In this document: piece after piece, positions 7,401 through 14,678 of the stretch
Position numbering within the stretch: position 1 is the stretch's first letter
How the letters are laid out: the number at the start of each line of letters is the position of its first letter
NCBI GenBank assembly: GCA_041748795.1
Contig: JBGTCM010000472.1
Location: 1-46,757, forward strand
Reading direction: 5' to 3'
Length of the DNA stretch: 46,757 nt
Origin: Pyrinomonadaceae bacterium
Lineage (GTDB): Bacteria > Acidobacteriota > Blastocatellia > Pyrinomonadales > Pyrinomonadaceae
Program-made: the position numbers and the translations under genes
The notes under the pieces: model-generated
Databases searched by the model: none
What the model was told of the DNA's origin: nothing
What the model saw: only the letters and a program-made list of their open reading frames with translations

Positions 7401-9764
7401 GACGCCCATCTGATCGGCCTTGCTGGAAACGTCGAGAAGGCGAAACAGATCCGGCAGGATATCGCGGCCACCCTGGTCACGCTCGGGCGGTACCGCAACG
7501 TTGGCGGATCGCGCCGAACGTTCCCCCGAAACTGATGCCGCAAAACTCCGATCATCAGTGCGAGCGGTGTTTTCGTTTGCAACGCGCAATACTCTGTCGA
7601 CTTCAATCGTCTTGTTCGACAGGTGGCCAAACATGGGATTCGAGTCGAGGTTGCGCAAAATCGATTGCCCATCGTCTGATTGCGTTAAGCTCTCGATAGG
7701 CCTGTTAAAAGTCGCGCGCACTCGCGAGGAGTCGAGTTCGACTTTTGTTCCTGTCTCAATTGTCGGCGTTGGCAACGACGCTCGCTCGAGCGCATCGCGC
7801 GAGATGAGGCTGCGGTTAAACGTCCTCACTCCTGCCTGGAAATTATTTGACGGTGTTGCGATGGGTTGATTGCGCTCGGAAGCGGCGTTAATTGCAGACG
7901 CACTATTGAAGAGGAGCGAAAGGTCAAGCGGCGCAAACCTGAAGTAAACGTATGGCGAACCGAATGCATCGTCTTCTTCAGCCACCGATGGGTCCGGCCA
8001 CTTCACGAAACCGGCGAGCGCAATTTGCAGTTGTCCGAATTGTCTTTGGGATCCTCCCCTCAGGAGCGACGTATAACTGGCCACATACGGATCCGGGAGT
8101 GTAGGCAGATAGAGATAAACCGCATGAAGCAGCGCTATCACGCCCTTCTCTATCCGGTCATCGACCAGATCGCCCGCGAGAAACAAACTATATGGCCGGG
8201 TAACGCCGAAGAGCGCATTTCGTAAAGTGATGCTGCGCGGTTCAAACGCTTCGGGCTTGTCGAAATTGCCGTCAAACAAAAGGTCGTTGTCGAAAAGAAA
8301 GGCTTTATAAGAGCTACCGGTTTGCACGATGCTCGCGAGCGCGATTGAAGATTCAATCTTGAAGGGTGCGCCGTTGGAATCCACAGGTCGATCAAGCGAC
8401 GCCTTATGTTTGCAGAAAAACAGAACTGTTTCGCTGCCTTTAGATGCCGAGATGTAGATGAACGGAAACGCCTTACCGAAACTCAGGGTGATTTCTGAAT
8501 GATGTTGTGCCGGCGAATTCTTCCAGAGACTCCAACGTTGCTTGCCGCTTAGGTTTGAGGCAAAGAAATCAAGCACCGTTAACATGCCGGGTTCAACGAT
8601 AATGCCCGGCTGGACGAGTTTGGTGAGACCCCCCTTTATTCCCTTCCAAGCGGCCGTTATGCCTTTAGACACGGCAATCCCAAGAGCGCCGGTTCCCGCT
8701 GCCGCACCCAACTGCGAAGGACTAACCTTTGCCGCCGGAAGCAACCATCCGCTGCCGCTTTTTAGTTTTGCTTTTCCCTTATACCGGCAAAGTTTCGAGT
8801 CGGAGGAGAAAATCTCAAAGGTGTCTGGTTGGCGGCTCGTAGTTTTAACCGAATAAGGAATTAGGATTTGGCCCAGCGGACCCAGCCACACCGGAGAAGA
8901 AGGGCTGAAGGTGAAGTCGGCGCCGCAACCGAAAACCTTGCAGGACGCATCCCCTGCAGCTAGTTGTCCGGTGCCGGTACTGAATTTTAAAGTAAGCGTT
9001 TCGGGCAGCTTGACCTTTGCTTTGTTTGCATCAAAACCGGCAGACGATGACGCGGGCCCTGTTTTATTCTGATTGAGGTTAAGCTGAAGAGTTGCGTTTG
9101 CGCCTAACTTGATAATGATCTTACCGTCAGTCACCTCTGCCTTCTGAGATAGATCGAGCGAGCCTCCAGTCACCTTCAATCCGGTATAGTGATCTTTTAG
9201 CGCCGCATCCGCAGCAATCAAGTCTGAAGCTATCCATACGCTCCCAGGCTCGATTTTATAAGAGTTCTTTTCGCTGACCGTTCCCCAAACGGGAATCAAC
9301 AACGACGGCGCGGAGGCCCCTTTTCGGTAAACATGGACCATCTTCGTTGGTTGATAAATATCAAACCAAACCTGAAGACCAAGATCATCGATGAAGGGAC
9401 CCAATGACGAGGTGGGGGCCATACCCGATCCCCACACGGGCGCGGACTGCCCCAGCAAGTTGTTGTGAAATTCCGTCTCGCGGCGGAAAACGAGCGGCGG
9501 AGCGGCCGCCTCCTCAGTTACGACGCGACCCTCCAGTAACTCCTCGAGGTGGCTATAACGTTCAACTGGTCCCGAGGCAGCTTCCATTTGGTGAGCACCA
9601 GCGTGGTGCAACCGATCCCCGAAAACTTGAAACGTGGAGTCGTCGGCAAAACTCTCGGCGAGCGTTCGTTGCAAGGCTTTGAGATCCGCGCCGGATGCAC
9701 GGCCGGTGGGTTTCAGGTTGCCGGTCAGCTGCTCAACCCGGGTAAAGATAAGCTCTTTTTCCAT
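4431..9764 (-). CDS. Giant hypothetical protein, 1777 aa; the C-terminal ~180 aa are a Gly/Val/Ile/Ala-rich, beta-strand-like segment
   Basis: Uninterrupted 5334-nt ORF with an ATG start preceded by a purine-rich gaagaagag. No signal peptide and no recognisable motif. The last 180 aa run from LKLEAGLKVGFYF to WEEGRQIA and show alternating hydrophobic/small residues. Confidence 0.85.
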   Translation of the reverse strand: MEKELIFTRVEQLTGNLKPTGRASGADLKALQRTLAESFADDSTFQVFGDRLHHAGAHQMEAASGPVERYSHLEELLEGRVVTEEAAAPPLVFRRETEFHNNLLGQSAPVWGSGMAPTSSLGPFIDDLGLQVWFDIYQPTKMVHVYRKGASAPSLLIPVWGTVSEKNSYKIEPGSVWIASDLIAADAALKDHYTGLKVTGGSLDLSQKAEVTDGKIIIKLGANATLQLNLNQNKTGPASSSAGFDANKAKVKLPETLTLKFSTGTGQLAAGDASCKVFGCGADFTFSPSSPVWLGPLGQILIPYSVKTTSRQPDTFEIFSSDSKLCRYKGKAKLKSGSGWLLPAAKVSPSQLGAAAGTGALGIAVSKGITAAWKGIKGGLTKLVQPGIIVEPGMLTVLDFFASNLSGKQRWSLWKNSPAQHHSEITLSFGKAFPFIYISASKGSETVLFFCKHKASLDRPVDSNGAPFKIESSIALASIVQTGSSYKAFLFDNDLLFDGNFDKPEAFEPRSITLRNALFGVTRPYSLFLAGDLVDDRIEKGVIALLHAVYLYLPTLPDPYVASYTSLLRGGSQRQFGQLQIALAGFVKWPDPSVAEEDDAFGSPYVYFRFAPLDLSLLFNSASAINAASERNQPIATPSNNFQAGVRTFNRSLISRDALERASLPTPTIETGTKVELDSSRVRATFNRPIESLTQSDDGQSILRNLDSNPMFGHLSNKTIEVDRVLRVANENTARTDDRSFAASVSGERSARSANVAVPPERDQGGRDILPDLFRLLDVSSKADQMGVSWGTAIRVKNDERGNANLSGATNSLMLVSGMPLQILNMDVVGVAQNLRALTLPQISWEPISNIPLPVEGPFNINDWLDDLITITPGLVVYDDDGPPTRFFSESPYLVPVTPLSVTKHFIKEYNDEQTARQLHSIFTLPFALIAQASFERDAGNPNNDTARLSFNRPHFDELHGGLQIKSVALKPKALGERPSFSGRTLQIDNNIKWVLFGVPLTGSTLGKTVKTIFNNIMSVDKPKVPLEKIEFSGYGASMFSDWFNHEATIADVSQAKFDVLVGRTAHEVVQVRSVMYTEAGCVHVVRTITLMRSPNGYVFRSDSGWKAESDATFDCNYSIVFGFNKVPVNNTYEFHKGAVKGITDVREIKDYPAAGNFGSSFSLNESGLPTKLGINSLVEWQKVFASLGSFNDQLDVELQAVVFDGDVHLDNVTSGGVKDTVAGDFKVQSRKMLGYVQLKPSSILIPPKVLAELLNFQDGSLGGPVDCIIDVANSQQKMRLARVDLNPALDNADNHIFTAAVRGSLILPQDGSWSVVTQQVDTKDVKLIEEGKSVPLIRRQGDSIFRIADPRDVVKPDSNSNFGVVQSTGTQKLLFDIPQFAPNEKKLKSSQTYFADAYKLLNSKGVFPNVANALPLTNAEKEIEILGEGLMKMADRNLNLSSLQPPNFSYPFVDEPGILKIYAEYQSNSGAGNLKLGIDSAGALADKWKAALSNIRIVVDLGPFDRLMWVDGNFNASSGASTKYDKPNLQFGPVLQTVKDILQILATLSGDDFDNGMKVGMSNSPDSWEYKFDCSQEIPVIKFPSPAQLSVNPNPPLKLEAGLKVGFYFNMLMAIPTDLKQLVPACGAYVEFYGRIQVMCFTLAAASVYAVGQANLGIAADSKAGIILRMKFGFGVEIVVGLPVVGNASVLYMIEVEVGVSSTSVTVGAFMLFRGHAEICGGLVGVTIQIEAGGSVTRTANETNCIAQVTFSIDITILWVIDISFSDTWEEGRQIA

Positions 9765-9900
9765 CGCGACTCTTCTTCTGCGAATGCGTGGTGACGGTGA
9801 AATAACGATTCGGCTTTGGTTCGTCCGTTGGACGACCGGAAACCTGGATACGGCGAGTACTTGGGGGTGGAGTATGTTTGCCGTTCAGGCCAGCAATGTG

Positions 9901-9917
9901 GGACAGACATTCCTGTC
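9901..9917. repeat. Copy 1 of a short dispersed hairpin repeat, ggacagacattcctgtc
   Basis: The same ggacagacatt core recurs at 20601-20620, and its reverse complement at 43567-43585. All three copies are intergenic. Confidence 0.6.
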
Positions 9918-10074
9918 AGTCTGGCCCTGGTTACAGAGCTGTCCGAGCTGTCGGGGTATTACCACAATTCGCACTGAGCGAGGACTACGGCGAATCGTTT
10001 ATCGGCCGGTGTAGCGAGAATGCGAAGAGGCTAGTCCGGCTCGAGAGAATTCAAATAGTTACGGAACGTTCGGC

Positions 10075-10103
10075 AGCCTAAGCCCGGATGATTCAAAAGT
10101 CAA
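10075..10103 (-). promoter_or_regulatory. Possible sigma-70-type promoter for the giant-gene pair (TTGACT-N17-TAGGCT on the minus strand)
   Basis: The reverse complement of 10098-10103 is TTGACT and that of 10075-10080 is TAGGCT, with 17-nt spacing. It lies in the 472-nt gap upstream of the 1777-aa ORF. Pattern match only. Confidence 0.2.
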
Positions 10104-10236
10104 TAGACAATCTACTCCTCGAGTGGTGCAATTAACGCAGACCGGATCCAAAGTTTGTAATTATCCGTTCGATCCGATGGACGCGTTCATTCACCCCTCA
10201 AAATTGGTAACTCTTTTAAAACACTCAAGCGCTGCC

Positions 10237-13080
10237 TTACCCAAGTGACGGGTCGGGCTCCACACGCTTGAGGATAACTAGCGTAATATCGTCAGAGGCG
10301 GGAGTCCCATGCGCAAACTTCGTGAGTGCCCCCTCTATTTTGTCACGGATGCCGGCGGCTGAACGTTCAATATTTTGCGACAAAACTTCCTGCAGGCGCT
10401 TTTCGGCGAATTCTTCACCCGCCGGATTCTGCAATTCGGTGACGCCATCGGAGTATGCAACGAGGACGTCACCGTGATGCAGTTGCGCAGTTCCCTCAGT
10501 CCAGCTAGCGTTGGGGAATATGCCTAGAGGGAGGCCAGTCGAACTAAGCTTTTCAAGGGTGCCGTCGGCGTGCGCGATGAGCGGTGGATTATGGCCAGCG
10601 TTAATGAAGGCCAATGAGCCGGTGAGCTGATTAAGCTGGGCATAGAAGAGCGTGACGAATCGATTGGCTGGAATGTTTTCTGCAAGGTAGCGGTTGACTT
10701 CCAAGATTGTATCAACGATCGAGCGCTGAGAAGCGACTTGCGCGTGCACTGCGGCATGTAATGAGGACATTAGGAGCGCGGCCGCAGTCCCCTTACCGGA
10801 GACTCCCCCCAGAGCTATTATCAAATGACCATTTGGCCTTTCAATGAAGTCGTAATAGTCGCCCCCGATCTCGTAAGAAGGGAGACTGTTGCCTACCAGC
10901 TGATAACCAGGTATTAGCGGCGGTGCCGCTGGTAGGAAACGCTGCTGAATCTCACTAGCCAATCGCAATTCGCGGTCGAGACGCTCTCTCTGCATTTCTT
11001 CCTCACGCAGACGGGCAGTCTCTACACGGATAGCGGCTACCGAACCGAGCGTCGTGAGCACCTTCAAGTGATCTTCAGTGAAGCGAGAGGTGGTCAAGGG
11101 CGAGTCCGCATAGATCAGGCCGAATATTCGATCGCCCACGCCCAATGGGACGGCGAGCACAGAGCGGATCCCATGTAACGTTATCGAGTGCGACATTACG
11201 CGAGGATCATGCTGGGCGTCGGAGGTGAGAATCGCCCTGCTTCGGATGACAACCTCGTCAATGATGTTGCGGCTAACTCTAACCTCACCCACCTCTGGTC
11301 GGCGGTCACGCGTTTCCGCAGCGCGAACGCGAACCTCTCCTGACTCGTCGTCGCGCAGCATAATGATGCAACGCTCGGCGGGCACAGCGTCGAAGACAAG
11401 GAGCGCAACCTGGCGGAGCGTCTCGTCTAACGTGGCCGCAGCCAAGAGCGTGACGCCTACCTTTGAAATGAGAGCAAGCAGGTCACTACTTAATTCTTTA
11501 TAAGCGGACAAGTCATCGTACAGTTCGCGGTAAATCTTTTTCGTCCAACTTTCGGTAAAAACATGCTCGTAAATCCGGTTTCGAACACGAAGTTGGAGAT
11601 TCTCATCAGCTACAACTAATCCTGACAATTTAAGTGCGGAGTGGACCGCCGATAATGGGTTATCCTTTACCACATGCCCTTGTGTAATGTGTTCGTAGAT
11701 TGTAAGTATTTCCAGGCTCTCTTTGTCCTTGGTCAATCTGTCTCGTACGAAATTTAGATTGGGTTCTTCACGGCTGGCCTCTTGAGATAAGAAATGCTCT
11801 TCGACCAGACGATCAACATCAGCCTCCTGGCCTGTTTCGAAGATTGCCTCAGCAACTAATTTGCAAAGCTTTTGCGTCAGGTATGGATGCCCACCTGTCC
11901 AACCTAGAACGCTCCCGAGCGTTTGCATACTTTCTTTGTGTCCTTCGCTCAAACCACCTGCCAGCGGTTTCGCCTCTTCAAATGAAAAGTCTTCCAGGTG
12001 GATTCCGTGTCCAATATTGAAGGGAGTTCTTTTCTGATCTTTTATCAGGTCCGACGGACTGGCCACGCCCAGGAGAACAAAGCTGAGACGATCATACTCC
12101 GACTGCAGGGCCCGTGAGTTGTAACAGGCGCGAATCGCCGCAAAGAAATCATCCGTGAAGGGTAGACTAATGGTCGTATCAATCTCATCTACAAATACAA
12201 CGATCTGCTCACGAGTTTCTGCTAAGACCAGATCATAAAAAAACTCAGTGAGACGCTGTAAGGCTGTAACCTCTGCGCGCGCGACCCACCACTCCTTCAA
12301 ATTAACCTTTAACTTAAGTGCTCTGACAATTGTATTTGCGATTCCGTAATACCATTTACTGGCGCCTCCCTCGCCCTGTTCGCTCCCAATCAATGTTAGG
12401 TCAACGAACACCGATACAATGCCTCGCTTTTGTATTTGCCTGGCCGTATGGACCATGAGACTAGACTTTCCCATTTGGCGTGGAGTAAGGACATAGCAGA
12501 TATCACCCGCGAGTAGGTGCTCGCATAGTTCCCGATCGGCGCGCCTTTCTATGTAGCTTGGAGCTTGTGGTCGCAGCGTTCCACCCACGACATAAAACTC
12601 AGTCCCGGTTCTTGTCTGCGACGACGAAACTTCCGGGACCACTTCATCGGCCTTTAAGGTGTCGTAGTAGTCTGGGCCGAATCCTTGAACGGCTCTGCTT
12701 AGTTCTAATGTTGCCGTGTGGCTCAAATCGCCCCCGGCGGTCCGCTCAGGCAAAGGGTCCGTGAAATCCGCGGCGCGTGAAAGCGACTCGTCGACCTCGC
12801 TGTAGATAATCAACGTGTCCCCAATTTTTATGAGCCCGCCCGGGGTGAGCACCACTTGTCCGGTTAGACTTGCTCCCTCGTAGGATGTCCCGTTGGCCGA
12901 CCCTAAATCCTGAAGAACATACTGATTTCCCTCGCGCCGGACTTCGGCATGGATTCGCGAGGCCATCGGGTCGGGAATGCATACGTCGTTCACCGCCGCC
13001 CGCCCGATAGTTATGCGCAACTTATCCAAATAGAGCCGTTGCTGAAAGCCGTCCGGAGAATTGATAAGTAACTCTGGCAT
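10237..13080 (-). CDS. FHA - AAA-like (STAND-type) NTPase - GAF - PP2C/SpoIIE-type phosphatase multidomain protein, 947 aa
   Basis: FHA: ITIGRAAVND..SRIHAEV..LQDLGSANGT. Walker A: TPRQMGKSSL. Walker B: VVFVDEID. GGHPYL motif present. GAF-like segment around residues 535-690. PP2C/SpoIIE motifs: EIGGDYYDF, GGVSGKGTAAALLMS, YSDGVTE, SDDITLVILKR. Confidence 0.8.
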   Translation of the reverse strand: MPELLINSPDGFQQRLYLDKLRITIGRAAVNDVCIPDPMASRIHAEVRREGNQYVLQDLGSANGTSYEGASLTGQVVLTPGGLIKIGDTLIIYSEVDESLSRAADFTDPLPERTAGGDLSHTATLELSRAVQGFGPDYYDTLKADEVVPEVSSSQTRTGTEFYVVGGTLRPQAPSYIERRADRELCEHLLAGDICYVLTPRQMGKSSLMVHTARQIQKRGIVSVFVDLTLIGSEQGEGGASKWYYGIANTIVRALKLKVNLKEWWVARAEVTALQRLTEFFYDLVLAETREQIVVFVDEIDTTISLPFTDDFFAAIRACYNSRALQSEYDRLSFVLLGVASPSDLIKDQKRTPFNIGHGIHLEDFSFEEAKPLAGGLSEGHKESMQTLGSVLGWTGGHPYLTQKLCKLVAEAIFETGQEADVDRLVEEHFLSQEASREEPNLNFVRDRLTKDKESLEILTIYEHITQGHVVKDNPLSAVHSALKLSGLVVADENLQLRVRNRIYEHVFTESWTKKIYRELYDDLSAYKELSSDLLALISKVGVTLLAAATLDETLRQVALLVFDAVPAERCIIMLRDDESGEVRVRAAETRDRRPEVGEVRVSRNIIDEVVIRSRAILTSDAQHDPRVMSHSITLHGIRSVLAVPLGVGDRIFGLIYADSPLTTSRFTEDHLKVLTTLGSVAAIRVETARLREEEMQRERLDRELRLASEIQQRFLPAAPPLIPGYQLVGNSLPSYEIGGDYYDFIERPNGHLIIALGGVSGKGTAAALLMSSLHAAVHAQVASQRSIVDTILEVNRYLAENIPANRFVTLFYAQLNQLTGSLAFINAGHNPPLIAHADGTLEKLSSTGLPLGIFPNASWTEGTAQLHHGDVLVAYSDGVTELQNPAGEEFAEKRLQEVLSQNIERSAAGIRDKIEGALTKFAHGTPASDDITLVILKRVEPDPSLG

Positions 13081-13142
13081 CGGATACAGAAGTTAGTAAA
13101 ACCGCCTTCAGAATAGTTTCAATGTGTAGTTGATCGGGATTA

Positions 13143-14678
13143 TCACAGGTGCTTACGAAAATATTCGGCATACAGCTGACACCGCATTTGGAGCGAGTGC
13201 CTCGTTTCCCCTTTGACCAATCCGGCTGCTTTAAGCCTTTGGAAATCAGTCTCATCATCACACATATTTTGGCGCAAGACATTCTGCATCACCGTTATTA
13301 GTTTTTCACTGTTCTGTATGGACCAGATGTAACGCCTCAAATGGTCGCTGAATGGCCCTGTCTCATCGGCGGCAGTTCTACATAACTCCTGAACGGTTAG
13401 ATTAGAGTTGGCCAAGGTGAAGAGTGCGTGCCGGATTAGGTATGGGTGTCCACCTAATAGATTCATTAGGTTGTTGATGTCGTTATCACTCTTCAACTGA
13501 TCCTTATATTTCGCGTTCAGTTCTTTAACTTCATCAAGGGAAAAGTCTTCGAGCCTGATTGAGAGACCTACATTGAAAGGAGATTGGTTTATGTTTTGTA
13601 TCCACAAATATGGTTCAGTTGAGTGGGCGATTATGATATTTAGGCGGTTCCAAATCTCTCGTGTCGCTCGAAGATTATGCCAACCTCGGATAGTTGCGAA
13701 GAATTGATCCCTATAGGGAAGATCGAAAAGTAAATCAACCTCGTCGAGTAAAAAAGTGACTGGTAATTCGGAGCCGGGCAAGATCACCTCCTCGATGTAA
13801 TCGGTTAAATTCTCTTTGGCCCCAAGAGAAGCATCCCAGCACCCGTCAGGCTTAGAGACTCCGAGGCTTTTGGCTAACCGACGTGCGAGATATTTTAATA
13901 ACTTATCAAGGCTTTCCAGCGGGTCGACGTCTACCAACTGAAAATCCAGGTAAAATGCCCTCCCATTGCGCTGCTGGGCAGCATGATAAGCCCTGGCGAG
14001 CAGGGAACTCTTACCTAATTGCCTCACGCCCTTTACGACAGTAGTGGTTCCATCAATATAGCCTTGTTTTTCTATCTGGGCATCAGCGCCTCGTCTGACA
14101 TAAAAAGGGGAACCGAGCTTGACCGTCCCGGTCTCTAACCACATCCGATGGTCTGCTGAAGGCAGCGGGGCGCCAGAGCCTTCGGTTGCATTTGTCAATT
14201 CTCTGATACCAGATAGCGAAGAATTATCTCGCTCAACTTTTCCGTTGTTGGGCAGGCTAACTGATTGTGCGATCGCAGATACTATGCGATTACCAATGGT
14301 CGCGAAATCATCACCTTCTTGCCAGATGGTGAACTGTATAGGGTCGAGATAGGCACCCAGGTCATAGGGAAGCTCTCCAGTAAACGCTACTCTGATCGGC
14401 AATATGACAAAGGGTTTTGCGAGGCCCTGGGTAAGCTCATACGCAAGTTTCACTTCCTGCCTAACCATATCGCTCAAAATTGACTGCTTTGACAGGAGAA
14501 CTATGAAGTAGTCTGACTCTCTGATTTGTTGTCTTATTTCGTCGGCCCACCTCATACCTACCGAGATTTGCTTATCAGTGAAAGCAACAATCTGATGCTC
14601 ATTAAGGAAATGCGCCAAGAACTCTGCCAGGTCCTGATCGGGATACACATGGCGATAGCTAATAAAGGCCGCGCTCAC
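13143..14678 (-). CDS. TIR domain - AAA-like (STAND-type) NTPase protein, 511 aa
   Basis: The N-terminus AFISYRH..DYFIVLLS..SDMVRQEV is TIR-like, with a candidate catalytic Glu at E75. Walker A: GVRQLGKSSL. Walker B: TFLLDEVD. SPFNVG..LEDFS and GGHPYL motifs are shared with the neighbouring gene. GTG start with a GGGAGG RBS 5 nt upstream. Confidence 0.8.
   Translation of the reverse strand: MSAAFISYRHVYPDQDLAEFLAHFLNEHQIVAFTDKQISVGMRWADEIRQQIRESDYFIVLLSKQSILSDMVRQEVKLAYELTQGLAKPFVILPIRVAFTGELPYDLGAYLDPIQFTIWQEGDDFATIGNRIVSAIAQSVSLPNNGKVERDNSSLSGIRELTNATEGSGAPLPSADHRMWLETGTVKLGSPFYVRRGADAQIEKQGYIDGTTTVVKGVRQLGKSSLLARAYHAAQQRNGRAFYLDFQLVDVDPLESLDKLLKYLARRLAKSLGVSKPDGCWDASLGAKENLTDYIEEVILPGSELPVTFLLDEVDLLFDLPYRDQFFATIRGWHNLRATREIWNRLNIIIAHSTEPYLWIQNINQSPFNVGLSIRLEDFSLDEVKELNAKYKDQLKSDNDINNLMNLLGGHPYLIRHALFTLANSNLTVQELCRTAADETGPFSDHLRRYIWSIQNSEKLITVMQNVLRQNMCDDETDFQRLKAAGLVKGETRHSLQMRCQLYAEYFRKHL

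Noticed and set aside
5179-9700. Many 60-150-aa ORFs on the plus strand and in alternative minus frames inside the 1777-aa gene, for example 7420-7869, 6513-6827, 7866-8225 and 8542-8856.
   Set aside because: All are nested within a 5.3-kb uninterrupted ORF. They have Arg/Ser/Pro-rich low-complexity translations typical of antisense frames in GC-moderate DNA, and no RBS or motifs. The same reasoning applies to the nested ORFs inside 453-4397.
453-9764. The idea that the giant proteins are RHS/YD-repeat or polymorphic toxins, adhesins or non-ribosomal synthetases.
   Set aside because: By eye there are no YD repeats, tandem Ig-like or cadherin-like repeats, signal peptides, PAAR/VgrG-type or condensation/adenylation motifs, and no adjacent small immunity-like gene. 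I cannot exclude remote homology without profile searches.
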